A stretch of DNA of 64,000 bases from Bacilli bacterium (GTDB lineage Bacteria > Bacillota_I > Bacilli_A > RFN20 > CAG-826): the NCBI GenBank assembly GCA_045628045.1, contig JAZQOV010000007.1:8704-72703 (forward strand), given 5' to 3'. Below the pieces are notes generated by a model that saw only the letters and a program-made list of their open reading frames with translations, was not told where the DNA came from and ran no database searches. The position numbers and the translations under genes are program-made. Below, piece by piece: positions 38,741-48,579 of this stretch (positions are counted from its first letter, which is position 1; every line of letters starts with the position of its first letter).

Positions 38741-40363
38741 ATGCCGAGAAGAAAATTACTTTTTATATCTCTTACCGCTTTCCTTATTTGCGGTTGTGAT
38801 TTTTTTAAAAAGATTACCAACCCAAATAATAATCATAACCAAGATTCTAGTAGAACCGAATCTTTTTACGGTTCTTTAGTTGAAGGGAAATACACAGGAT
38901 TTGAATTATCTGTTTCAGAGTCAGAAATTAAGAAAGCAACTAGTGGAACTACTGAAATTAAAATCGTTGGTTTTAATGATTTTCATGGTGCTATAAATGA
39001 GAGCACTAACGAGTCTGGTTTAAAGCTTTTAGGAAGTTATCTAAAGAAAGAAAGCGCTAAAGAAAATACTTTAGTATTTGACCAAGGCGATACCTGGCAA
39101 GGATCATTTGAATCAAATGTTGAATACGGGAAGATTGCTCAAGATGTTTTTTATGATGCTGGTGTATCGCTTAGAACCATCGGAAATCATGATTTTGACT
39201 GGGGCGTAGATAGACTCGAAACCTTATGTGACACAAACGCAAATAATTACATTCCTACATTGTGCGCAAATGTTTATGACTATAGCGCTGGTGTTGTCGG
39301 AAGCACTCAACAATCTCAATACGGAAAAGAATACGCTACTTTTGTTTTAGAAAGTGGTGTTAAAGTTGGTGTTGTCGGAGTTATTGGCGAAGATCAAATC
39401 ACTTCAATTTGTTCGCAACTCGTTCAAAATATTGCTTTTAGCAATCATAATGAAAAGATTAAAGAAATTTCTGATTTTTTACGTACAGAAAAAGATTGCG
39501 ATATTGTCATTGCAAGTGTTCATTCTGGAGCAGATACAACATTGGGCGCTGGATTAACAAATGTCTCTCCCGTTTCCAAAAAAAGATACGTTGATTTAGT
39601 TCTTAACGGCCACACACATTCAAAAAGAAAAGAAACCGAAAATGGCGTAATGTTTGCTCAATGGGATTCAAACGGAATAACTGCAGGAAGTGTTACTTTA
39701 ACCTATGACTTTGCAACTAACTCAGTTTTAGATAATGAAACAAAATACGATAGCTACAATAAAAAATACCTAAATGTTTATTATGGTGTTGATGACAAAA
39801 TTTCTACTAAAGTTGATTCATATTTAGCATCAATCGAAAGCATAGGAAAGCAAGTTTTAAGTAACAAATTTTCTGGATATTTTGATGGTGAAATTTTAGC
39901 AAACTTAATGTGTGAAGCAATTTATAAAAAAGCCACTTCGTTAGGTGCTGATATTGATTTCTCCGTAAGCAATTACGCAAGAGATTCTTTTGAAAAGACA
40001 ACTATGTTGTATTCTGATTTATACAAGTGTTTTCCGTTTGATAATCAGATTATTTTGATGACGATTTCTGGAAGGCAATCTGCTCTTGCTGTTTTTGGAA
40101 ATCTTCATTATCGAGAATCCGCATTTACTTACTCTTATAGCGAATCATATAGAATTGCAGTTATTGACTATGTTGGACTTCATCAAGATAGTGATCGAAA
40201 TTATGATTATTTTCCAAATGCATCTAACATTTCAGTTCTTACAAATAGTGATGGAACAATTCCAACATATAGAGACATTTTGAAAGAATATATTCTTGAA
40301 AATAGCACCAAAACCTTTGCTGCTGAAGACTATTACAGTTACAATACATGCTTTAGTATTTAA
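38741..40363 (+). CDS. 5'-nucleotidase / metallophosphoesterase lipoprotein
   Basis: Lipobox ICGC; NDFHG, DQGD, GNHDFDWG, GHTH, PFDN. Confidence 0.88.
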   Translation: MPRRKLLFISLTAFLICGCDFFKKITNPNNNHNQDSSRTESFYGSLVEGKYTGFELSVSESEIKKATSGTTEIKIVGFNDFHGAINESTNESGLKLLGSYLKKESAKENTLVFDQGDTWQGSFESNVEYGKIAQDVFYDAGVSLRTIGNHDFDWGVDRLETLCDTNANNYIPTLCANVYDYSAGVVGSTQQSQYGKEYATFVLESGVKVGVVGVIGEDQITSICSQLVQNIAFSNHNEKIKEISDFLRTEKDCDIVIASVHSGADTTLGAGLTNVSPVSKKRYVDLVLNGHTHSKRKETENGVMFAQWDSNGITAGSVTLTYDFATNSVLDNETKYDSYNKKYLNVYYGVDDKISTKVDSYLASIESIGKQVLSNKFSGYFDGEILANLMCEAIYKKATSLGADIDFSVSNYARDSFEKTTMLYSDLYKCFPFDNQIILMTISGRQSALAVFGNLHYRESAFTYSYSESYRIAVIDYVGLHQDSDRNYDYFPNASNISVLTNSDGTIPTYRDILKEYILENSTKTFAAEDYYSYNTCFSI

Positions 40364-40425
40364 TACTTTTTATAAATAACTCTTGAAATCTAACTATGAA
40401 TAAACTATCATAATTCTCGCCCTTT

Positions 40426-40501
40426 GCCGTCGTAGCTCAGTCGGTAGAGCAACTGTCTCGTAATCAGTAGGTCGGGAGTTCGATTCTCTCCGACGGCACC
40501 A
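40426..40501 (+). tRNA. tRNA-Thr(CGT)
   Basis: Loop CTCGTAA; encoded CCA. Confidence 0.93.
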
Positions 40502-40516
40502 CGAAATACCAGCTTT

Positions 40517-40592
40517 GGATGTTTAGCTCAGCTGGGAGAGCATCTGTTTGACGTACAGAAGGTCACAGGTTCGAGCCCTGTAGCATCCACCA
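40517..40592 (+). tRNA. tRNA-Val(GAC)
   Basis: Anticodon arm TCTGT-TTGACGT-ACAGA; encoded CCA. Confidence 0.95.
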
Positions 40593-40603
40593 TTTAGAAA
40601 ATT

Positions 40604-40624
40604 ACTCCATTATTGGAGTTTTTT
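40604..40624 (+). terminator. Terminator after tRNA-Val
   Basis: ACTCCA-TTAT-TGGAGT followed by a T tract. Confidence 0.75.
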
Positions 40625-40627
40625 CTT

Positions 40628-42925
40628 TTATAAAAGTGGAGATTCGCACAAATAATATTCAAAATTACTAAGACAAATTCTGCCTTTGTTTTTTGTTGAT
40701 GTTGTCGGATTGCACGCAACATAAAAACCAATAGCATTAAATTTTGAGGAAGAATTTACTCGAATAGTTGAAGGTGTTTCTCTGTTTGTTGGAATACTTG
40801 ATATTTGCACCTCATTATAATATTGATTAAAGAGAGTTTTATTTTCTAATAATGCGTATTGACCGCGAAGTGTCTGTGTATATAAATGGTTTTCCTCAAT
40901 GAGCGATTCGAACATAAAGCTTCCTAAGTATTCTCTAAAATTTTCGTCGGTAGAATAAACAAAAGTCAAATTTGATGATACAACCGATTCATCATCGCTC
41001 CACAAACTAATATCAAATGAAAAATCATAAACAGGTCGTTCAAAAAGGAATTCGATGTATGCAAAACCCGCACCTTCCCTATTAGGAGATAATGTCAATT
41101 TTTCATTTCTTACATAGCAAGCTCTTAATCGCTTTGTTGTAACTAAAGTGTTTCCAAAAGTTTGAGATATTCTAAATGAAGAATCGTTAAAATTTATTTC
41201 ATCTTCAAAATAGTATTTTTCTCTAAAACCAAACTCTGACCCATTAAAAACACCATCAGGTTCATATATATTTGTTAAAAAATTGTTATCGAAATAGTAA
41301 AAAGGAATTTGCGAAGGATTGATTTCTTCGATGGTGCGCGAAAATCCGCACGAGCATATGTCTAAAGTATTAAAAACATGGGAATGCAAGGAATCGTTAG
41401 TAGATAATATATTCAGAATATAGTTCGTAATTTCAGGAAAGTTTGACTCATAATTGTGTACAAAGGCTAATGCTTCTTCAGTAGAGAGATACTTATTAAC
41501 GAGATTAGAAGTTCCCTCCATGCCAAAAGGTATAATTATTTCTTCATCAAAAGGAGAGGAACCGTTAATATTGCATAATTGAGAATTTAAATCGACGCAA
41601 AAATCTCCTTTTATACATGAGTTGTTTGTATCAAATTGCCTAATATTTTGGAACAAGTTTGAGACTTTATCAAGTAAGGCAATTGAAGCTTCTAATTTTC
41701 TATCAAACATTGTGACAGTATTTAAATTTAAAAAGGAACAAAGATTATCAACTACATTATCAAATCCATTAACAAAATTAAGTGTATTTTTAATAGCCTG
41801 AGTTGTGCTAATAACATCGTCACATAAATTTGTGACTGTATTGTTGATGAAGTTATCACGAATTAATTTTTCAAATAATTGACGCAATAAATGTTTAAAT
41901 AATCCATCATTATTTTGCTGATTTTGCAGCAGTGGTTGTAAAAAGGAAACAATTTCATCAAAAAAGAGGTCCTGTGTCATTTCGCAACCAATTGCAACTT
42001 TATGATTAACATTTATTGTATTAAGCATCCCGATATTGTAGAGAATATCATTCTCATCAAAAATTGCTGAGTAACCATTTAAATTTTCGTTTTTAACTAT
42101 GTTGTACAAATTAATGAATGCATCTAATGTTTCCGCCCACAACGAGCCCTCAAATGGAGTGGAGATACTTATAAAATTATCAACAAGTTTTTCTCGCACA
42201 TCACAATAGTATAAATTCGTGATTCCACCACGCGAATGACCAATAAGATTTATTTTCGGCAGCTTTCCGCCGTAATAAACTGAGAAAGTCGCCAAAACAT
42301 TATCTAGAGCTTCTTGAAAAACTCTAGCTACTTCATAGTTTGATGCATTGTTCGCATCAACATTTTTTGGTGCATTGTAAACCAATATAATATGATTACT
42401 TAGAAGTTGAGAGTTGTAATCAAAATTGTGAAGATCAAAATCAACAGTACCAAATTCTGTGTCTGAGATTTTTTTGAGTTGCTTAATTTGGACCGGAAAA
42501 ATCATTTCATTTTCATTTTCATCGTTTGGTCCGTCATTTTCTGTTTCGTTTTGTACAATATCTGTTTCGCTAAATGAGCCAAAAAATAAAATTGGCAAAT
42601 AATCTATATCAAAATTGTTGCAATTTACTAATTTATATGCAAGTGATTCACTATCGAAATATAAGGTTTCAAAATCATCCGTTTTAGGAAACCAATATTT
42701 GTTATTTCCGAACATACCGTGAGTTAGGACTGTGATGGATGTTTCAGAACAAATGTAATCATTATCATATAAATTTTGGACAAATCTTTTGTTGTATTCT
42801 GACAAGTTTAGATTCTGGCAATATCTAAAATAATTATGCTTTGCAGCATAATCAAAGTTGCTGTGTTGAACTGAGAAATTTGTTAAAGAAAATATAGTAG
42901 TTAATAATAAATTTGTTATAATCAT
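40628..42925 (-). CDS. Secreted alpha/beta-hydrolase (lipase/PGAP1-like) with an unrecognised C-terminal domain
   Basis: Signal-like N-terminus; VLTHG oxyanion region, LIGHSRGG nucleophile elbow, ISTPFEGS, GDFCV; SD GAGGAG. Confidence 0.72.
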   Translation of the reverse strand: MIITNLLLTTIFSLTNFSVQHSNFDYAAKHNYFRYCQNLNLSEYNKRFVQNLYDNDYICSETSITVLTHGMFGNNKYWFPKTDDFETLYFDSESLAYKLVNCNNFDIDYLPILFFGSFSETDIVQNETENDGPNDENENEMIFPVQIKQLKKISDTEFGTVDFDLHNFDYNSQLLSNHIILVYNAPKNVDANNASNYEVARVFQEALDNVLATFSVYYGGKLPKINLIGHSRGGITNLYYCDVREKLVDNFISISTPFEGSLWAETLDAFINLYNIVKNENLNGYSAIFDENDILYNIGMLNTINVNHKVAIGCEMTQDLFFDEIVSFLQPLLQNQQNNDGLFKHLLRQLFEKLIRDNFINNTVTNLCDDVISTTQAIKNTLNFVNGFDNVVDNLCSFLNLNTVTMFDRKLEASIALLDKVSNLFQNIRQFDTNNSCIKGDFCVDLNSQLCNINGSSPFDEEIIIPFGMEGTSNLVNKYLSTEEALAFVHNYESNFPEITNYILNILSTNDSLHSHVFNTLDICSCGFSRTIEEINPSQIPFYYFDNNFLTNIYEPDGVFNGSEFGFREKYYFEDEINFNDSSFRISQTFGNTLVTTKRLRACYVRNEKLTLSPNREGAGFAYIEFLFERPVYDFSFDISLWSDDESVVSSNLTFVYSTDENFREYLGSFMFESLIEENHLYTQTLRGQYALLENKTLFNQYYNEVQISSIPTNRETPSTIRVNSSSKFNAIGFYVACNPTTSTKNKGRICLSNFEYYLCESPLL

Positions 42926-42960
42926 TTGATTTTTCTCCTCTTTACTCTTATTATAATTTT

Positions 42961-43515
42961 ATGAAAAAAAGTTTAATTTTAACAGTTTTTCTTTTAAATT
43001 CTTGTCTTTTCAATAAACCAAAATATCCATTTGGAATACGAGCATTAGGAGGACTTTCTTCATCAAGCGAAATACAAAACCCTCCTTTTCCTAAATCTCA
43101 ACAGTGGATTCATGCAAAAAGTTACGACGCTACCTTTTTTGTTTTTTTTGATGAGACTGCTAAAGACTATGATATAGAGCTATTAGAATTTTATTCAAAA
43201 AACGACGAAACAGGAGACATTATAGAAATTGAAAATGATATTAGAAGTTTTGTAAAAAAATATTTTCTTTTAACGAGCGAAAAACTAAGTGTTTTATTTC
43301 CTGAAAATGTGTGGAGTGCTGATTATCAATTCCCAGATGTTTTAAGGTTACCTAGTCTTATATTCACACAGTTTTTAGATAATCAGAGATCGTTTCTACA
43401 ATTTTGTTATGAAGCTCCACTAGATCGTCATTTTTTTCAATTAACATCGTCAGGATACTATGTTAATGATAAACTTGTTAGATCAGATCTTTATTTTTAT
43501 TTTTGGGATTTTTAA
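42961..43515 (+). CDS. Hypothetical lipoprotein
   Basis: MKK, hydrophobic stretch, LNSC lipobox. Confidence 0.65.
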   Translation: MKKSLILTVFLLNSCLFNKPKYPFGIRALGGLSSSSEIQNPPFPKSQQWIHAKSYDATFFVFFDETAKDYDIELLEFYSKNDETGDIIEIENDIRSFVKKYFLLTSEKLSVLFPENVWSADYQFPDVLRLPSLIFTQFLDNQRSFLQFCYEAPLDRHFFQLTSSGYYVNDKLVRSDLYFYFWDF

Positions 43516-43530
43516 TTTTATAAAATTTTT

Positions 43531-44130
43531 ATGAAGAAAATACTGGATTGGTTCTTATCATTAATAAGTGGTATTCTTTTTCTTCCTGTTACATTAATTG
43601 TAATTCTTTCAATTTCTATATCGAGTTGTAATGCACGTAAAAGTTCTCCGTATGGAGTTAAATGGACAAATACCGTTGCTAAAAAAGATGATATTAATCT
43701 TACAACCGAAACTACCGAAATTGGTTTTCGAAAAGGAGCCTTTAGTGGTGTAGTAACTTTAAAATATGATTTGGAGAAAGCGGATTATATTGCGACAAAT
43801 GTTGAATTTTCTGCAGAAAGTTCCGAAGAAGAAACTGTATATAATGAAGAAATTGCACAAGAATGTATTCAAAGTGCTGAAAAATATTATTTTGTATATT
43901 ATGAAAAAATGTTTGCTATTTTTCCGCCTACTGAAACTGTAGCTAATAATAATTCGGGATTAGACAGCATTTTAGGTGGAAACAGGTATTACACTTTTAG
44001 AAAAAACTTTTCTGATAATTCATATATTGAATATCGTTATACTTCTTGGAATAACTATTTGATTTTAAATAATTCAGTATTTCATTGTGAAACACCTCAT
44101 GATCCAGTGTTAACTTTTAGCCATCATTAA
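43531..44130 (+). CDS. Hypothetical membrane-anchored or lipoprotein
   Basis: MKK, long hydrophobic stretch, ISSC. Confidence 0.65.
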   Translation: MKKILDWFLSLISGILFLPVTLIVILSISISSCNARKSSPYGVKWTNTVAKKDDINLTTETTEIGFRKGAFSGVVTLKYDLEKADYIATNVEFSAESSEEETVYNEEIAQECIQSAEKYYFVYYEKMFAIFPPTETVANNNSGLDSILGGNRYYTFRKNFSDNSYIEYRYTSWNNYLILNNSVFHCETPHDPVLTFSHH

Positions 44131-44222
44131 TTTACAAAAAAGATTGCTTTTTATATATCTATCCAAAATAAATTACTCTAATATAGAGTTTTTTATTTTA
44201 CTAGTTTATAATAATAAACGTT

Positions 44223-44296
44223 GCACCGATAGTTCAGTGGCAGAACATCAGCTTCCCAAGCTGACTATGCGGGTTCGATTCCCGTTCGGTGCTCCA
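44223..44296 (+). tRNA. tRNA-Gly(CCC)
   Basis: Anticodon arm TCAGC-TTCCCAA-GCTGA; U73; encoded CCA. Confidence 0.95.
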
Positions 44297-44305
44297 TAAC
44301 TTATT

Positions 44306-45937
44306 ATGAAAAAGAATAAAATTTTAACTATTATTTCACTATTAGCCGCAGGAGTTTGTGCAACCTCTTGTTCAATTTTAGTTCAAGCACAAGAATTAAT
44401 TGAAAAATACTTTCCTACTCAAAATACTGAAGAGGAAAAGAAAACTGAAAAACCAACTAAGATTATTGCATCAGAAACTATTAATTTAAATTTATCATCT
44501 GATTTTGAAAAATATGTTGATGCTTCTTTAGATAATGGTGAAAAAGGATCATCACTTTTTACTTATTTATCAAGTAACGAAAATGTTGTTAAGGTGAACG
44601 AAAATGGTTTGTTAACACCACAAAACGCTGGTAGCGCTCAAGTCACTATTACTTATAGTAAAGATGGTGTCGAACTTAGTAAAGTTATTACAATTAATGT
44701 AACTTCCGATAAAATCGCGGATTACACAATAATGCTTTATATGTGTGGCTCAGATCTTGAACACGATTCATCAAGTGGTGGATGGGGTTATGGTTCAGGA
44801 AGCTCATCTGATAATGCATTATTTACCGAAGATATAAAGGAGATTTTAAGTGTTAACAATCTTCCTAGTTCAGTTAACATTCTTATTGAAACTGGTGGAA
44901 CCACAAAATGGCATATGCCAAGCACTTATCTTGATGGGGCAAGTGAAATCAGTTCCTCAAGTCTACAAAGATGGAAAGTCGAAAATAAGAAATTGAAACT
45001 CGTTTCAACATTAAATACAAATTATATGGCAAAAGAAAGTTCGTTTGAAGATTTCTTAAAATGGGGATTAAAAGATTATCCTGCTCAACAAATGGGTGTT
45101 GTTATTTCATCACACGGTGCTGGAATTGCTGGATGTGTTTTTGATGATAATTACACCTATACATACGAACGTTACGAATACCAACATTGCCTAAGAACTT
45201 TTGAAATTGCAGAAGCTTCAAAGAATGCTTTGGCATCATCAAGTAGAAGTAAATTTACTTGGATTGGCTATGACTGTTGCTTAATGCAATGTGCTGATAT
45301 TGCTTCGATAAATGCTGATTATTTTGAATACATGGTTGCATCTCAAGAATCAGAAAGTGGAAGTGGTTGGAATCATGATGTTTATTTACCATATTTAGTG
45401 AATAATACAAAAATTACTCCAAGTGAATTCTTACCAAAAATATGCGATGCATTTTTAGAGGATAATCATTCAACAAAAGAAAACGAGGCATGTTTACAAA
45501 CTTTGTCAGTTCTTGATTTATCAAAAATGAACGAATTTACTACTGAATTCAATTCAATTTGTTCAAAGATAGGAACTTCAAGCTCTGCATTTAGATCTGT
45601 TACTTCTGCATTTAATGCTTCATATAACGCATTTGGTGAAGCACTTTACGGCCTGTGTGATTTCAAATCATTTTTAAATAAATTAGATGATTATTTTACT
45701 TCTATAAATGTAACTACACTTTTATCTACTTTAGAAGAACTTGTTATTTATAACAAATACTGTAGTAAATACACGACAATTCCTTGCGGTGTAAATGCAT
45801 TTGTTCCTACTTGTAGTAGTAGAGAATACTCACTTCAAGTTGGAAAAGAAGATTATAGTAATTCATTATCAACCAAGTTCACTACTTGGCAAACACTTTG
45901 TGTTAACAATGGTGATTTTGGTTGGGATTCCATTTAA
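44306..45937 (+). CDS. Clostripain-family (C11) cysteine peptidase lipoprotein with Ig-like domain
   Basis: Lipobox ATSC; SSNENVVKV..G Big_2-like segment; YTIMLYMCGSDLE, SHGAG, GYDCCLM, ASQE. Confidence 0.88.
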   Translation: MKKNKILTIISLLAAGVCATSCSILVQAQELIEKYFPTQNTEEEKKTEKPTKIIASETINLNLSSDFEKYVDASLDNGEKGSSLFTYLSSNENVVKVNENGLLTPQNAGSAQVTITYSKDGVELSKVITINVTSDKIADYTIMLYMCGSDLEHDSSSGGWGYGSGSSSDNALFTEDIKEILSVNNLPSSVNILIETGGTTKWHMPSTYLDGASEISSSSLQRWKVENKKLKLVSTLNTNYMAKESSFEDFLKWGLKDYPAQQMGVVISSHGAGIAGCVFDDNYTYTYERYEYQHCLRTFEIAEASKNALASSSRSKFTWIGYDCCLMQCADIASINADYFEYMVASQESESGSGWNHDVYLPYLVNNTKITPSEFLPKICDAFLEDNHSTKENEACLQTLSVLDLSKMNEFTTEFNSICSKIGTSSSAFRSVTSAFNASYNAFGEALYGLCDFKSFLNKLDDYFTSINVTTLLSTLEELVIYNKYCSKYTTIPCGVNAFVPTCSSREYSLQVGKEDYSNSLSTKFTTWQTLCVNNGDFGWDSI

Positions 45938-45954
45938 TTTAGGAGGTATCAAAA

Positions 45955-47673
45955 ATGGACAAGAATATTAAATTTGAAGACATTGTTCCAAAGAAAGTTT
46001 CTTTAAAAGGTGTTCAAGCGAAGCTTGCAGGTTTTACTGATGCACTTAGCAAAACCAAAGATCCTAAAGAAGCTTTAAAAGTAGTTCGTGCACTTGAAAA
46101 GTACATGGACAAATATGAAAATAACGCAACAGTTATTTCAATCAGCTATTCTTTGAATACGGAAGATGAATACATCGCAAAACTTCAAGACCATATGGAT
46201 GAAATTTCTCCACTTATTTCAAATGAGATTAATAAGTTCAACAAAGTTTTAGTTAAACATCCAGCACGTAAAGCTCTTGAAGAAAAATTAACTCCATATT
46301 ATTTCCAAATGATTGACAATTCGCTCAAATCATTTGATGAAAAAATCATTCCGGAGTTAATTGAAATCAACAAACTTTCATCACAATACGACAAAGTCAT
46401 GGGTGGTGCAAAGATTGAATTTAGAGGCGAAATTTATAACATGCCACAAATGGGAAAATTCGCTAAATCTAAAGATAGAGAAACAAGACGTGAAGCATCA
46501 ATTGCCGTCGATAAATTTTTCCAAGAAAATGAAGAAAATATTGGGGAAATCTATGGGAAATTGGTTCTTTTACGTGATAAAGCTGCAAAGAAACTTGGCT
46601 TTAAAGATTACACAGAACTTGGTTACTTAAGCCTTGGTAGAGTCGACTATAATGCTAAGATGGTTGCAGGCTATAGAAAGCAAATTGCTGACGAGGTTGT
46701 TCCAGTCTGTCAAAAGCTTTATAAAGAACAGGCAAGGCGCATTGGAATTCCATTTAGCAAGATGAAATCATACGACTACAATCTTTCATTCTTAAGTGGA
46801 AACCCAACTCCAAAAGGAGACGCAAAATATTTAGTTAAACAAGCCACAAAAATGTATGACGAAATGAGCAAGGAATCTGGTGAATTCTTCCGCTTTATGC
46901 AAGACCATCATTTACTTGATCTTGAAGCAAGAGCCGGCAAACAACCTGGTGGTTACATGACCTTCCTTCCAGTTCAAAAATTCCCATTCATTTTCTCTAA
47001 CTTTAATGGTACAGATGGTGATGTGAATGTCTTAACCCACGAAGTGGGACACGCATTCCAAGGTTATCTTTCTAGAAATATTAAACCAGGAGATTTCCGT
47101 TCTCCAACACTTGAATCATGTGAAATTCACTCAATGTCAATGGAGTTCTTCGCATGGCCATGGATGGAACTTTTCTTTGGTGATGGAGATGACAAATATC
47201 GTTACTCTCATTTAGCAGATGCAATTGAGTTCTTACCTTATGGAATTACAATCGATGAATTCCAACATTGGGTTTACGCTCATCCAACAGCAACTCATGA
47301 AGAAAGATGTGCTGCTTATAAAGAAATTGAATCCCGTTACACTCCACACAAGAAGTATGATCCAGAAATGAAAATCTGCGAAAAAGGTGGATGGTGGATG
47401 AGACAGTCACACATCTTTGGAGTTCCGTTCTATTACATTGACTACACTTTAGCTCAAGTTTGTGCATTCCAATTCTTAGTTGAAATGACACGAAACAGAG
47501 AAAAAGCTTGGAAGAAATACGTTAAACTTTGTAAACTTGGTGGACGCTATCCATTCGTTACATTACTTGGAAAAGCACACTTAAGAAACCCATTTGAAGA
47601 AGGAAATATTCGCAAAGTTATTTTACCACTCAAACGAATTCTTAAATCATTTGATTTATCCAAGATAAAATAA
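45955..47673 (+). CDS. M3-family oligoendopeptidase (PepF-like)
   Basis: GKQPGGY, PFIFSNFNGT, LTHEVGHAFQ, CEIHSMSME, PFYYIDY. Confidence 0.92.
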   Translation: MDKNIKFEDIVPKKVSLKGVQAKLAGFTDALSKTKDPKEALKVVRALEKYMDKYENNATVISISYSLNTEDEYIAKLQDHMDEISPLISNEINKFNKVLVKHPARKALEEKLTPYYFQMIDNSLKSFDEKIIPELIEINKLSSQYDKVMGGAKIEFRGEIYNMPQMGKFAKSKDRETRREASIAVDKFFQENEENIGEIYGKLVLLRDKAAKKLGFKDYTELGYLSLGRVDYNAKMVAGYRKQIADEVVPVCQKLYKEQARRIGIPFSKMKSYDYNLSFLSGNPTPKGDAKYLVKQATKMYDEMSKESGEFFRFMQDHHLLDLEARAGKQPGGYMTFLPVQKFPFIFSNFNGTDGDVNVLTHEVGHAFQGYLSRNIKPGDFRSPTLESCEIHSMSMEFFAWPWMELFFGDGDDKYRYSHLADAIEFLPYGITIDEFQHWVYAHPTATHEERCAAYKEIESRYTPHKKYDPEMKICEKGGWWMRQSHIFGVPFYYIDYTLAQVCAFQFLVEMTRNREKAWKKYVKLCKLGGRYPFVTLLGKAHLRNPFEEGNIRKVILPLKRILKSFDLSKIK

Positions 47674-47674
47674 T

Positions 47675-47696
47675 AAAAGGCCCTAGGGCCTTTTTT
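47675..47696 (+). terminator. Terminator after the M3 peptidase
   Basis: AAAAGGCCC-TA-GGGCCTTTT followed by T. Confidence 0.8.
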
Positions 47697-47785
47697 CTTT
47701 TGCCATATAATTAAAAATATAGAGTTGTTTATTTTATAAATAACTTTTGCTATAATCTTAATTAGTTTTCAAAGGGGGTTAGTTT

Positions 47786-48577
47786 ATGTACGATCCAGTT
47801 AAAAACATATGGCAATTTAATTCAATTACACTTTGGATTGATTTTGGCGTATCTATGCTTTTGATTCTTTTCTCGCTTTTAGTAGTTGGCAAAGCAATGC
47901 ATAGAAAATCATTCACCATTGGAGCAATTTTCCTTTCAGTTTTAAGTATTGCTTCGTGGTTCTTTAACATGACTTTAATTTTACGCGTGTGCATGATGTT
48001 GTTCACAGCGTATTTTGTTGTGACGATCATTCAAAATCAAAACGAAGTTAGAGACTTTGTTGGCTCTTTCTTTAAGAGAAAAAGAGTTAAAAATGCTCAA
48101 AAAGTTTATGATAGACATGCTGTTTGTCAAAAGATAGCACTTGCAGTTGAAACTTTATCAAAATCAAAAACCGGTGCTCTTATCACCTTTGAGAAAAACA
48201 ACCCACTTTCCGATGTTGTAAAAAGCGGCACAATGCTACATTCGCCAATTACACCTGAACTTCTTGTAACCATTTTCTATCCAGGAACAAGATTGCATGA
48301 TGGTGCAGTTGTTATTAGAAGAGATGAAATTTTAGCAGCTTCAGTCTATTACACTCCAACCACAAAACCATTAACTGGTAAGTTTGGTTCAAGACATAGA
48401 GCTGCTATTGGAATTTCTGAAATTACAGACTCTGTTACAGTAATTGTTTCTGAAGAAACAGGAAGAGTTTCATTAGCTTATCGTGGAGAACTTATACCAG
48501 TCGCTCCAGATAGTTTCTTAAGAACAATTGAAGAATATTTATTTGCAGAAGAAAAAACAGAAAGTGAGAGTAAATAA
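47786..48577 (+). CDS. cdaA: Diadenylate cyclase CdaA/DacA
   Basis: Three TMs; GALI, LHDGA, GSRHRAAIG, VSEETG; directly upstream of glmM. Confidence 0.93.
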   Translation: MYDPVKNIWQFNSITLWIDFGVSMLLILFSLLVVGKAMHRKSFTIGAIFLSVLSIASWFFNMTLILRVCMMLFTAYFVVTIIQNQNEVRDFVGSFFKRKRVKNAQKVYDRHAVCQKIALAVETLSKSKTGALITFEKNNPLSDVVKSGTMLHSPITPELLVTIFYPGTRLHDGAVVIRRDEILAASVYYTPTTKPLTGKFGSRHRAAIGISEITDSVTVIVSEETGRVSLAYRGELIPVAPDSFLRTIEEYLFAEEKTESESK

Positions 48578-48579
48578 TT

